A stretch of 64,000 nt of DNA, from assembly GCA_001724265.1 (NCBI GenBank), contig MEDY01000110.1, positions 1 through 64,000 of the forward strand, in the 5' to 3' direction. The translations under genes and the position numbers were made by a program. The notes under the pieces were generated by a model. It had not been told where the DNA came from. It ran no database searches and saw only the letters and a list, made by a program, of their open reading frames with translations. The first letter of the stretch is position 1; every line of letters begins with the position of its first letter. The stretch comes from Rhizaria sp. SCN 62-66. Taxonomy: Eukaryota. This document shows positions 1-13,400 of this stretch, one piece after another.

Positions 1-1566
1 ATCCTTATCCCTGTCGGTGTGCTCATCAGCTTGCTCTTCGGCCGCTCTCAGCAGGGCCGTCTTAAGTCTGCGATTTACGGTTACGCGGAGCACGTGGCTT
101 ATCTGCATTACACGAACCGCATTTCTGAGCCGCAGTACGCGACCCGTAATGAGAACCGCATGAAGCGCAACCCAGTCGTGAGTGACGAAGACGAGCGCGT
201 GCTGTTGCACTCGATCGCGCAGGCCGGCGGCTGGACGCACGGTCCCGGCAATGCGTTGATTGCTGAGAACGCTCGTGGCACGCGTGACGATCGTGAGCTG
301 CGTAATCAGCTGCGCTTACTTGTGCACATTGACTATGATTTGTTCATGGTCTGGTTCCGCGAGTCGTGGTCGTTCCCACTTGGTCTTCGTCTCTTTGGCT
401 TTGTGCTGCTCTGGGCCTATGTCATTGTGCTTGTGATGCTGATCCTCGTCTATGGCATTCAGCTCGACATGGACAACAGCAACAACACCATGAGGTGGCT
501 GCAGGCCTCCGCGATCTCCAACGTCATTGAGATCTTTGCGTTGAAGCCCGTCAGTGTCTGTATCAAGGCTTTTGTGATGCTTGTCCTTTCGTTCTGTTTC
601 TGCGGCGGCAAGCCCAAGGGCCCTGCGTCCAAGTCGACTCCTGACGACAACTTGACTATTTACAACGCTATCGAGATGTTCTCCGCCTCCGGCGCGGGCA
701 AGGGCCACAAGCACGTAGCCGCCGACCTTGCGCTCGACATCGGTGCCCCAGAGCACGCTACTGGCTTTGTTGCAGCTGCGACAGACTACGATGATGACAA
801 CTACGCGACGCTCCAGAACTCGAGCTCCAACTTTGGCAACAACAGCAAACACACTCCGACAGCTCCAGCTGCAGTTGAGATGATGGCTCTTGGTGGCGCT
901 CGTGCGAAGTATGAGGCAGTGCACTCGACGCCAGCGTCGCCCGTTGCTGCTGTGCCACCACCCGTGCCCGCAGCGCCGTACGGTTACAAAGACGATTATT
1001 ACGACCACAATGGTGCTGGTAATAGCAACACCCACAACGGTTACAACGACGATTGGAGCGAGACTCATAATGAGCCCGAACCTGTGCCAGTGCCTGTTGT
1101 TGTTGCAATGCCCCCACCTCCACCTCCTGTCGCTCTAGTGCCACCCCCTCCGCCGCCGCATGCTGTTATCGTGGCACCGCCTCTGCCGCCACCAGTCATT
1201 GTTGCGCCGCCGCCGCCGCCACCTGTCGCCGCGGTCCAGCACCCCGCACCTGTGCGCCTGGTTGTGCCCTCGCCGCCGTTGTCTTCGTTGCACACGGCGC
1301 AGCGCGGTGAGACCGAGTCACTGGCACCAGGCCACACGCCCACAGTGCCTGCTCTGCCCGCGCCCAGCGGCGGCGTGCCCGTCATGGGAACGCGCTCTGT
1401 GCTGGCGTACCAAGAGCGCGAAGCCTCCGCCTCCGTGTCGGAGTCTGTAGCTACAGGAACGGCGAGCCCCGGCGCGTTGACGCGGGTGCCCATGCCACTG
1501 CCCGCGCGCATCAAGGCCGAGTACGCGCGACAGGAGAGCTTTTACGATGAGCCATAGAACAACTAA
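1..1566 (+). CDS. 3' part of a PKD1/REJ(polycystin)-like multi-pass membrane protein with a Pro-rich cytoplasmic tail (5'-truncated)
   Basis: Frame +1 is open from base 1. Hydrophobic segments ILIPVGVLISLLFGRS, LFGFVLLWAYVIVLVMLILVYGIQL and WLQASAISNVIEIFALKPV resemble PKD1-family transmembrane segments, followed by a polyPro tail. Ends at TAG 1555-1557 under the standard code, or at TAA 1564-1566 if TAG is sense. Confidence 0.55.
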
Positions 1567-2705
1567 CAACGAGGACTCGGATTAACATTCCTTAGCTATT
1601 GTTCTGTGGCCACCGAAAACATATGTGCGCACTTTCGCATGAATTTATAATCATTTTTTATGATCACACCTTCACCTCACACGCAAGTGCACACTTGTCT
1701 GCGGATTTTTGTCTAGTTTTTAAGTTTATTGATTTTTCGGAGTAGTTTTTTTCCTGTTTATTTTCAAGCATAATGATTGACTTTCTGTTTTAGTGTCCTT
1801 TTGAACTTGTAGCTCTTTACTTGTATTTGTATGATGTTTGTGTCATAGATAATTTTTAGTCATAACCGTTCGAGGCACTTTCATCAGTGCAAACAGTTTT
1901 TTTCTCCTAATTCATGTCACAAACATTTCATGTTGTACTTGTCGCGTGAGCGCAACTTAACATGCCTGTGTTTGTGCATTTTGTGGGAAACAACCTTGTT
2001 TTCGCATGAGGGAGACAGTCATCGAACTTTACGTCGGCCATCATACGTACTCATACACAAAGGTTATATCAATTATGGAATTCCGAGTCATTTCTTCATA
2101 CTATTGACAATACTAGTCTGTACGTTAGTTGCAGCTTGAGTAGCTCGTCATCGTTGTGACTTGAAAGTAGGCGCCCATGCACGTTGGATGAGCTGTTGTA
2201 ATATTATTCTGAGTTGTAAAAGAACAGTCATAACAAGAATGCATATACGACTGTATTTCTTTCAGCTAGTACTAGTATGAGTCATATTTATCCCCAAATG
2301 CATCGACTTCAAGTGGCTCGACAAGAATTTTTTTTCGATGTAATAGTGAGTTTTGATGTGTTTTCCTAAAAAATGAAGTAATAGATGTGAAAAATTAAAG
2401 GGGGCGCTTAAAAAACGTTATTTTTACAGAACGTAACGTCATGACGACGATACTATCAGTAAAGATGTAACGATCACATCCTGATGACTTTGTGGCGACA
2501 GAAGAGCCGTTGGCGAGGAGACAAGTCGTAGACGATTTAGATTCAAGTTTCAGGGTGTTCTATTATATATTTTGAGGTTCTTGTGATTTTTCACGTTTAA
2601 TTGTTTCTATTCAGCTCACTTTTATTTTTACATTTCAAATTTAGTTGCCTTTCATCCTCTATAGCCAGAATCACTTGACTTGATCGCAAGCACTTGCACC
2701 CTACC

Positions 2706-5700
2706 ATGTCTGAGAAGCCTCCCGTGCACGTGGGCCCCGCCCCGCCCCCTATGGCTTCCGCTTCTCCGATGCTGATGCCTACTGCGTCTTCTGTGTTTTC
2801 TCCTGGTGCTGCAGCTCCTGTAGGACAGTCCAGTAGCCTATCCGGCGCCGCCCCACGCGCCACCCTCACGTCCTCTTCCCGCCACCAGGACCTCCGCGAC
2901 TTGGCCAAGCGCAAACAATAGGAGCTCGTTGAGGTGCAAGAGCTCCGCATCCGTGAAAGCGAAGCCCGCTACGAGTGCGCGGAGCGCGAAGCTCGCGAGG
3001 CGCGCGATAGCCTTGCGCGGCTCAAAGACGACTTCACATACAACCTCAAACTGTTGGAGGAGAGGGACGAAGAGCTCCGCCGTTACGACGCCTCATTCGA
3101 TAGCCTCAAGCTCTTATTGCATGAACGCGACGCATCACTTGCCGCACTGCACCGCCGGTGTGATGCCGCTGAGTCTGAGGGCCGTCAGGGCAGTCTGCTT
3201 TCGCAAGAGCGCGAGTCCGCACTCCAACGACAGGTCGCGCTCCTCACAGCCGAAGCCTCGCGTTTAGCTGCCGCGCGCGAGGACGAGCTCGCATCAACAC
3301 GCGCGGCTTACGAAGCGACAATTGCGGCACTGTCCGCGAAGCTGCAACAAGACGAGGCTGCGCGCACCGAGGATTCCCGCCGGCTCGCCAGTTCCTACGA
3401 CCGCGCGCTGCAGGAGCAGGCGCTGACGACCCGCCTCGCAGACGAGGCCCGCGCCCAAGAGCACGCTGCCGACGCCGCGCGCGTGCAGACGCTCGAGGCC
3501 GACATTGCTGCGTTGCGCGGCGCTTTGGCAGCGCGCGACGGCAATGCGCATGCGCTGGAGACCGCTCTGGCGTCGGTGCAGGCGCGCGTCGACAGGTTGA
3601 CGGCGGAGCGCGAGGAGGCCGAGCGTGAGGCTGCTGCCCTGGCGACGCGCATGCGTGCCGAGCTTGAGGAGCTCCGTAGCGAGCGCGCGCGCGTGGTGCG
3701 AGACCGCGCCGCCGCTGTTTCGGAGGCTGAACGGCGCGCGACGGCTGCGGAGCGCGCGCTCAAGGCCGCTGTCGCCGCGCAGGAGGCTGAAACAGCAGCC
3801 TGGGAGCGGCGCTTTGCCGATGCAGCGTCACACAGGCTTGCACAGTTTGAACAAATCAAGCAGCAGGTGGCTGCGCTGCGGGAGAAACATCGCGCCGATC
3901 TGGCCTCCGCGCGCGCCGCAGCTGCGGCCTCGCAACAAGAGGCCGACGCAACGATCAAGCGCGCGCACGACGACGTTCGCGCTCACGCCGCTGAGGCCGA
4001 GGCGACGCGCGCACAGGCACGAGCTGACGTTGCGGCCGCACAGGACGGGCAGTGGCGCGCTGAGGCCGCCGCTACAGCCGCAGAGGCCCGCGCAGTGCGC
4101 GCCGAGAGCGCCACAAATGATGCTGAACGCGCTGCGCAGATTGCGCGAGCAGAGGCCGCCGCGGCCGCCGAGGCTGCTGCGGCGGCGCTTGCCCAGGCGG
4201 CATCGCAGACAGAGGCAGCGGCCGCTGCGCTGACCGCTGCGCGCGCCGACGCAGACGCCGCGCGTGCCGAAGCTGCGGCCGCGCGCACAGCGACTGAGAG
4301 CGCTCTGCAGGCCGTTGCGGCAGCGCAGCGCGCGAACGAGGCGACAGCTCTGGAGCGTGATGCGGCCGCGGGCGAGGCGCAGCGGCTGCGGGATGAGCGT
4401 GGCGAGCTCGTCACACGCATTGGCGAGTCCGCCGCGGCCGAGCGCGCCGCAGTGGCCGCACTTGAAAGCCAGCTCGAGGCTCTGCGCGCGCGTGTTGTCG
4501 CTGCGGAAGCCGCCGCTGACGAAGCCCGCGCCGCGAAGTCGACCGCCGAGGCTGCACTTGCCGCTGCGCACACTGCGACAGCAGCTGCGGAGGCTGACGG
4601 GCGGTCACGGCTTGAGGCGTTATCGACTGCGAGCGAAGCCGCGATCCGCGCCGTGCACGTGCGCGTTGGCACTGACGTTCACGCGATGGAGGCCGTCGTC
4701 GCAGATTTGCGCGGGGAGGTATCGGAGCTGCGGGACAAGCTCTCGCTTGCACAGGCCACGACAGCAGAGCTCGAGGCGCTGCTGGAGGAGAACGCGCGCG
4801 CGCTGGGCGCGTCCCAGCAAGCGCTGGGGAAGAGCGAACAGGCGCGCGCGGAGGCCGCGGAGGTGCGCGCGCGCGAGCGAGACATGCTCGTGGCGGAGCT
4901 GGAGCGGCGCAATGCGACTGTCACCGCGGGCGCGAGCGCGGTAGCGCGTGCAGCGGAGGAAGCGCGGCTGTCGCTGCGCAACCGGCTGCAGTTGCACCGG
5001 GAGCGCGTTCCCGTGCTGCGCTCCCGTGTGGGCGACAAGATCCAGGGCCACTACAGCGACGGCGACGGTAACGGCGACGACGATGACGGCGATCATGAAC
5101 ACCACACTCATAGTGGCGATGACGACGACGGTGACAACAATGGGAGCTTTGGCGGTGATGACTCGCCCCCGAGCTCGGTGCACAGTGCCGGCGGCGGCGG
5201 CGGCCGCAATCACAACGACACTAACGGCCGTCGCAACAACCACGCGAAGAATCACGGCAATAGCAATAACTGGATAGAGGAGAGCCTTGCGGAGGTCAAC
5301 ATCGACGAGTTCCGCTACAAATCGCCTCGGTTTGACTTGAAGTCAAGTCGTCCTGGCGCAGGTATGAGCTCGAGCCTCATAAATACCGGCGCTACCAATG
5401 GCAATGTGGGCAGCAGTGCGTGCCCGAAGCAGAGCAACGGCGCCGGTCACGGTCACGGTCCCACTGGTCCCACAGCTGTGTCACCACCCCGCTCTGCGCG
5501 CTTGTTCGAGGGTCCTTTTGAGCCTGCGAATGCGGCGCGTGTTGCGAACACTCCGGGCACTGGCAGGCTCAGCGCTGTGTTGGCAACGCCGCGCCCCTCG
5601 CAGCCCGCGCCCGCGCCTGCGGCCACTGCGGGCGCTGACGCGAGCGACGTGGAGGCCCAGCGTGAGTTAGCTGCGCTGCGCGCGGTGAACGCGCGGCTGC

Positions 5701-7097
5701 AAGGCGTTGTCGGCGAGATGCGGCAAGAGCTTGAGACGCTGCACACGCGTCTGCAACACGCGCAGTCACAGCACGGCGCGCAGTCGCAATTTAACGCGCC
5801 GGCGAGCACTGACGCTGCAGCGGTGACGGCGCTGCAGCGGCGCATTGCACTTCTTGATGAGCACAACCGCGTTTTGATGGCGCAGGCTGACAGCGCTGGC
5901 GCTGTGGGCGCTGGCGCGAGTGCTAATGCCACCAGTGAGTTGGCGTTCCTTCGGCAGAAGGTTTATTCTTTGCAGGAGGAGGTTGCGGAGACCACGCGCA
6001 CTGCTGCAACACTGCGCGCTTCGCTTGCGCGCGCCGCCGCTGCCGCGAACACGAGCTCGACCGCCGCAGATGCTGCGGCTGGTGGAGGCACGGGCGGCGG
6101 TGACGCCGAGGTATCTCGCCTGCGCGCACGCACCCGTGCCTTAGATGCAGAGCTTGCGGCTACGCGCGACGCACTTGAGCGTGTTGCTGCAGAGCGACAG
6201 CACGTCCAGGGCGTTGCAGAAAAGCTCCGTGCGGACTTGGCCGCAGCAGCGAAGCTCTACGGTTCTCAGGCACAGTCCGGTCCACAGTCGCAGACGCAGG
6301 CCCAGCTCTTACACTCACAATTGCCGCCTGCTGGCCCTGGCTTTACATACGCCTTTGCGCCCCGTGCGCCTGCTGCGCCCGCCGCGGCCCCTGCCGGCGC
6401 ACTTGCTGGCGCTCCAGCAACAGCGGGAACGACAGCAGCAGCAGTGATGGCGCCCGGACAAAGCCAGGTCCAGACGCACGCGCGCGTGGCTGTGGCCGCG
6501 CCGGGGTCAGCCCTGGCTCCTGCTGCCGCCGCAGCGCCCGCTGTTGCGACCGTGGCCGACGTCAACCGCCACCTTGACGTCGCTGCTGTGCGCGGCGATG
6601 TCATTGCGTACCTGACCGAGTACAACAAACTCATCACTGCGCTTGCACCGACGCCTGCCGCGATAGGTGTGGTTGCAACGACGACTGTTCCTGTCGCTGC
6701 GCCTTACTTAGGTGCCAACGCACCGCGGAACACAGGCACTGCAGGTGCCTCCGTCGCAGGCCGCCGCGCGGCTACGGGTGCAAGTACCTCAACCACAGCC
6801 GCATCGTCCACAGCTACCCGCGTTGCCACCACCAGTCCCGGAGTTGGCGCTGCGGGCGGTGCTGGTGCGTCTCCCAGCGCGCGCCGCCACTCCGCGACCG
6901 CCGCCGTCACACCGGCTGGCGCAGCCGCTGGGGCTGCGGGCGCTGTGGGCAGCAGGGGCACGGCGTCGCAGGCGCAGGCGGCTGAGGCGATGCAGAGGCG
7001 CCGGCGCGAGCGCGAGGCCGAGGTGGAAGAGCGGCTGCGGGCAAGGTAGGCCGCGCTTGCGAGGATCAATCGGGATGCACGCACCACGCAGCAGTAA
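2706..7097 (+). CDS. CCDC57: Coiled-coil domain-containing protein 57 homologue (centriolar), about 1463 aa, with two in-frame TAG codons (2919-2921, 7047-7049)
   Basis: LKDDFTYNLKLLEERDEELRRYDASF matches the CCDC57 N-terminal motif (human LQEDFVYNLQVLEERDLELERYDAAF, recalled). ORFs 2694-2921 and 2934-7049 share a frame and are separated by a single TAG. ATG at 2706. After the second TAG, 15 coding-like codons lead to TAA at 7095-7097. Confidence 0.75.
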
Positions 7098-7424
7098 CGC
7101 AACTGCGGGCGACTCATTTAAACGTCTGAATATTAAACACATCCTTATCTAGTCTTGTACCAAATGTGATATCATTAAGAGGTGAGGTCGGCTTAACATT
7201 CTTTTCATTCAATGTTTTCAGAAATACACCAGTTAACCTAGAAAGTTGTAGTTTGCCATTAAAGTTACCGTGGTTACAGTATTCATAGGTCATCGATGAT
7301 AATTAATGTCATTGTTTGTATTAGTTACTATTATTACTCTTCCTGAAGTTCTAAGTGATCATTGATGTAAATCGTGACATGATATTGAGCTTTAATCAAG
7401 TTGCACGTTTATGTTTCGTAATGC

Positions 7425-10400
7425 TTACCGTGCTGACTGAGAGCCGTTCGCACCTTTGCTCGCAGATGCGTCGCCCTGCATCGCTAAACTTGCGCCCGCA
7501 CCGGCCAGCGTTCCCCTGCCACTGTTTCCAACACCAGTGCCCGAGATAAACCCGGCTCCAGCGGCGCTGTACCCAATGCTGTTGAGGCTGTTATTGTTCG
7601 GCATAATACGCACGGGGCCGCGCGCAGAGAGCGTGAAATACGTCTCCTGTCCGGCGGCAGCCGCAGCAGCAGCCGCCGCACCGGGAACAGCCCGCCTGGT
7701 TGCACCAGCTGCTGTGGGGGGCAGCCTTGTGGCCCTATCCATAAAAACGACGTTGTTAGAAGTCGCACCAATGTTAGGGGTAGTGCTAGTAGCTGCAGTG
7801 ACGGTGGATGCGGTGACTGAGGCGGATACGCGAGCAAGTGCCTGAGCTGCTGCCTCGACGGCTGATAGTGCTGGCTTCGCACTCGCGTTGCCAGAGCCGT
7901 TCGTGGTCGCAGTCGCATTGCTGAGCATGGTCGATCCTGCAGCAACAGGCACGCCGCCAGCGCCAGTCCCGTTGCCAAGACTCGGGACTGAAGTCGTGCC
8001 TGCAGTCAGGATAATCGCAGTCGGTGGGTAGAGAGTATGCTTTGGCGGCGGCGCGTCCCTCGTTGACGACAAGCTCGACATAAATCCTGATGACACTGCA
8101 CTCTCACCAGCTCCAGCGCTACCGCCGCTGCGAGGACGCGCCAGCAGCGACCAACCTGAGCCCGATGCAGCTCCATTTCCTGTCGAAGGGGGACGTGTGG
8201 TGGCCCCGCCAAGACGTGGGCGCGCGTTGGTAACTCCGTAGCCAGGCACAATGCCACCGCCACCAACAGCGATTGCGCCCGCTGTCGCAGTCGTCGCTGT
8301 TCCGTGGGCTGCAGCTGCAGAGACTGCGGGGCCGTTCACGCTGGCAGACGCAGTCAACACGAAGGGAGCGCGCACCGCAGTCGACGCAGAGGCTGTGGTG
8401 GGGCGAGAGTTGTTCTCCGCAGGTGTTCCTAAAGCCGAGCGCTGGAGTTGCTGGTGCTGGCGACTAAGCATCGCCGTCAGCGACATTGTCTCAAGCGCGG
8501 GCTTGCCGCCGATCGCACTAGTGCCGACACCCTGCCTGCGTCCGCGCCGCGCGCTGCCGGGTCCGCTAATGGCCGCATCCCAGATCCCTGTGGCGCCACC
8601 CGCAGTGACGTCGAGCGCATCAGGTGTCGCGGTGACGCCGGACATAACTCCAGTGCCTGCCAGCGCCGCCGCAGTGCCATGCGCAATAAGCGCGCGCAGC
8701 TGCTCCACGCCCGCAGGCGAATAAAGCGCGTTATCAGGATCCGCAATTACGTACTGCTCTTCGGTTGATAATTTATAGCCAAGCAAGCGACGCATTTCGA
8801 CAGAGATCTGTTCGAGACGCTCGCGGTGGGCTGTTGCAGCGGCAATGGAGGCGACGAGAGCAGACCGGCCACTCGCACTCGCACTGTTTGCATCAAAGCC
8901 AGCGGCGCTGCGTGACAGCATATCGGTTGTAACATTGTTGGGGCGAGCGTTCGCAGCAGTGGTGCCAGTGATGCGCTCTGTGGCAATTCGCTCCTGTTTG
9001 AGCTCTTCAAGCAAGCGCAGCACGCGCTGACGACGCGCATCGCGCGCGCGGCGGCGCTCATCAGGCGCAGCAGCGTCACGCCGAGCTTCAGCATCAAGCC
9101 TCTCGCCAGCACGCGTGAGTTCGCGCGAGATGCGTTGATAGTCGTACTTAAGCAGCTGCCGATGCGACGACACAAACCGACGCAATACAGCAAGTTCGCG
9201 CTCGCGCACGCGGCGCCATTCAGTGATCTTAGCCACATCAATCTCAACTGCGCTTAATGCAGTCTTAATGCTCACTGCGCGCGCTTCTTCAGCTGCAACA
9301 GTGTCAGCAGCATCAGCAGAGTGTTGCGCAAGTGTCACAGCAAGCGAGTCACCACGAACTGCAGCGCGCACGGCCCCACACATGGCATCCGCAGCGGCAG
9401 CAGTAGCATCGGCCGCGTTTTGACGGGCTACGGCGCGCGCAGCCGTCCTGGTCGCAATTGCGGTCGCCGCCTTTGCTGCAGTAAGCTCAAGCCTGACCAG
9501 CTCGGCACGACATGCGTCGACCGTGTCTTCAGCGGCCAGCGCGGCGAGCGTGCGCGAGCGCAGCGCAAAAGGCGTGGACGGCAGCGCAACAACGCCGCGC
9601 ATCGCAGTGCGCTTGATCAAAGCAAAGTGTGAGTGCAAACGCCAGCGCGCGGCGGTGAGTGCCTCGGCCATGCTCAGACGCAGAACAGAGAGCTTCTCAA
9701 TTTCAGCGAGAAGCTTGCCCTGAAAACGCTGCCGGGCTTCTCGAACAGACCGAGCAACTGCGACGCTGTTGCCGCCGCCCCCAACTCCCATTCCTGCAAA
9801 GAAAACAGCAACACCCCCAGCAGACGGAGCTGCACCGGTGCCGGTAATAGCGTTGCAGTTGTTGACTGTGGTGGCTGACCTGAGTGTGTCTTGCAGCCGT
9901 TGGCTAACAAGCACAGTGGCAAGCTCGACCGCAGCGGTGTCCGCAGCAGCAACGCCGCCGTTGGCAGAGGCAATAGCGATGCGCCGCGCGACAGCCACAG
10001 CGTGTGCCGCGGCACCGTCTGCAACCGTGTCTGCATGCGCTGCGGCTACCACAAGAGCCCTGAGTGCGGGGTCAGGCCCCGGCACCACCGCTGCGTGCGT
10101 GGCAGCGGCGGCGGTAATATCAGTCAGCAGCTTCTCAACCAGCGCGCGTGGCAGCACAACAAACTCCGCGTGCGCGTCAATCAAAGACGCCGCAGCCCGC
10201 AGCGCCGCCACGGGTTGTGCAGAGTCTGCAACGTCCGCAAGCAGCCCCGCCGCACCGCGCGCAACACGCCGCAAAGCGTGCAGAGGTGCATCGTCGGTCA
10301 CTGCCGCACGCGCCCACGCTGCGGGCACAGGCACCGTCGCGCGGAGCGCGGGAAGCGCGCGCAGCGCCGTGGCATCCGCTGCTGCGGCAGCCTCAGCGGC

Positions 10401-13400
10401 GGAGCGCGGAAGCAGGTCGTCGTACTCACTGCGCTCGCGCTCAGCGCGTGCAAGCTCCGCAGACGCGAGCGCAGTCCACGCAGCAAATGCGCGTGCCGCG
10501 GCAGCACGGGGCAAGGCGAGGCCAGTAGAGCGCAACAGCGTCTCCCAGCCCGCGTCCCCAGCCGTGGTAAGCGCGGGACGCAGCGCGGGCGCGCGGGCAA
10601 GTGCGGCGGCGAGCAAGAGGCGGAGCTCTGCCGCCGGTATGGCGGGTGGCAGCACTGACAGCGAGGCCGCGGACGGAGCTGCGCGCGGCACCAGTGCGGT
10701 AGCGGCCGAGACGGGCGGCGGAAGCGCACGAGCCGCCGCCTTACGAGCGCGCGAACGGACCCGCAGCGAGGCAACAAGTAGCGGGAGCGCACGGGGACGC
10801 CCAGCGTTAGACAGTGCAAGAAGCAGTGTCAGCGAAAGCCCAAGCCAGGGCCGGTCGACAGCTGCGGCAGCGGCACTGCCAACAGTCGATGGATCCGTAA
10901 CGGCAAGCTGCAGCAGAGACACAAAACGACACCGCAGCAGCGCTAAGACGGGCTCAGGTGGCGCTGCAGCAGCCTCAGCAGCAGCAGCCTCAGCAGCGGC
11001 GGCGGCCGCGGCAGCAGCAGACGAGATTTTACCGTCGCTCTTGTTCTTGCTGTTGCCGTTCGCAGTGAGAGAGCGGGATCCAAGCGTGGCGGAGGCTGCA
11101 GCTGCAGCAGCACCTGGGACTGGATCAGGAGGCAAACTAACCGCTGCAGCAACTGCAGCCCTGGCCGCAGCGGCTGCAGCACCGCGTGCATGCGCCGCAG
11201 CCGCAGCCCTCGTGAGCTGTGATGCGGCGATGTCGTCGCTCAATACACTTGTCAACGCGAGTACAGCGCGCGTCGAAGCACCCATGGCACACTCAGTCGG
11301 ATTACGCAGCGTACGCGCAGCAGCGCTGGGATCAAGACTGGCCACAACAGTGTCGACTGCGGTGCCCGCCGCGGCCGCGGCTGCAGCGGCGGACGGGAGG
11401 GCAAGCGGCAGCCAAGAGAGGGCGAGCGAGGCTGGCGCAGCAAGGACTCTATGACGTGCTGCAGCGGCAGTCGCAGCGGCGGCAGCTGCAGCGGCAAGCG
11501 CAGAGGCAGGTGTAGCGGCGTCAACTTCGTTGCCGTCACTTGCACCGGCATTGTTGTCTCCGTCAGCAGCCGTTAGACCAAGGTAGACGGTAACAGATGC
11601 GTGGGTAGCTGTTCCATTGCTGCGCCGCGAGCGCGCTTGCTGCTGCTGCACTTGTTTTTGGCTCAGCACAGCGGCGCGGTGCGCGTCAGCCAATCGTTGT
11701 TGCTGCAGCGCCGGCAACTGCGCGTGGGATGTGAAACCAGTAGAGAGCAAAACCGAAAAAAGGGGGTTCAATGTCGAGAAGCGCAAGCGCAGCGCCTTTT
11801 CTGCCGTGCCCAAGCTGTTCGCAGTGGATCCAGAGATGGGAACGGGAAGCAAAAAGACGTGGCTCGTCTGTAAAGCGTGCGCATGCGCGTGCGCAGCATC
11901 AGCGGCATCGCCAGAGTGGCCATGAGCGCCGTTGTGAGCGTGGCCGTGAGCATCAGCGTCGGCGTGAGCATCCGATGCGAGATGATGTGGACGGTAGCGA
12001 GAGCTTGAGAGACCGTAGTAATAATCGTCGCGGTCATTATAGCCGCTGTCGCCGTCATCACCATCCTCATCTTCGTCCTCGTCCTCGTCTTCATCCGACC
12101 AGCCGTCGTCGCCGTCGCTCTCGCTCTCGCTATCACTTTCGCTCTCTCTTAGTACCTGCACCTGCGCCTGCGCATTTTGTCCTGCGCCTGCGGGCACACT
12201 CCCAGTCCCCACTGCCGCCGTCGCAGCCACTGACGCCACTGATGCGACCCGCGCGCGTTTGCGTTCTTCCCTCGCGGTACGCCTCTCTTCGCGGTCTAGC
12301 CGCCGCATCTCCCGCGCAACAACACGCGTCACGCTCACTTCGGCCTTGCGCCAAATGCGGACGCGCGCGGCGCCCTCACCACTAAACCCGGTCGCATCGC
12401 GCACCGCGCGCCCTTGCTCCGCAGCGGCCTCAGCGCGCGCAGCAGCGCGCTCCGCACGCGCGCGCGCAGCCGCAGCTTCGCGGTCGCGCGCCTTGGCGGC
12501 AGAGCGGGCAGCGATGCGCTCACGGAATTGAGCGTCGGCAGCGGCGATCGCAGCGGCAGCGGCTGCGGTCACTTCAGCAGCTGCATCACTCGGTGCATGA
12601 GTCTCAGACCCCACACTCGCAGCTGTTGTTGTCACAGACACAGTGGACGCTGCTGTGGATGCAGTGGCATCAGTCGGCGTGGCCACAGGAGCGTTACTTC
12701 CAAGAGTCGCAACGGCGACAGGAGCAGGCTTGCTCGCAGTGGCAAAGAACGACGAAGACTGCTGCGGATGATACTTATGATCCTGTGTACGTGAGTTAGA
12801 GTGACCGTAGCCACCGTACTTGTGTTCATGCTCATCAGCGTCGCCGTCAACGTGGTGAACAACGAGGTTAGCAGTGTCGTTGTAGACAGCAGTGCCTGCA
12901 GCGGCAGCGAACACGCGACGGGGCCGCTGCAGCGCTGGGGGCAGTCCAAGGCCGTACTTTCCAGCATCAGCGCTTGCGGCAGCAGATGCGGCCTTGCGTT
13001 GCTGTAGCTGAGTCAGAGGCGGGAGCAAGGACATGACCCCCGACTCTTCCGACTTTAGCACACGCACACGCCCCATCTCGCCGATGCCAAGACTCTTGTC
13101 AGTCTGCGACGGCAATTGCGACCAGGGCGCTGAGATACGAGCTGCGAGGGGCAGCAAATAGCCCTCAAGCAGCACGAGTGCGCGCTGCCACTCTAGCGGG
13201 TTGCGACGCCACGCGCGATCAACGGTAGCACGGCCCCACTCAGGCAAAACACCGGTACTTGCACTGGCACCAATAGAGTGACTATGAGCAAGTGAGATGA
13301 TAAGTGCGGTTGCGTCGATGTCCGTGGTGGCGCCTGAATAGATTGCATTGCCGACAACAGGTAAAGCATCAACAGTGGCGGCCGCGGCAGCAAGAGGGCG

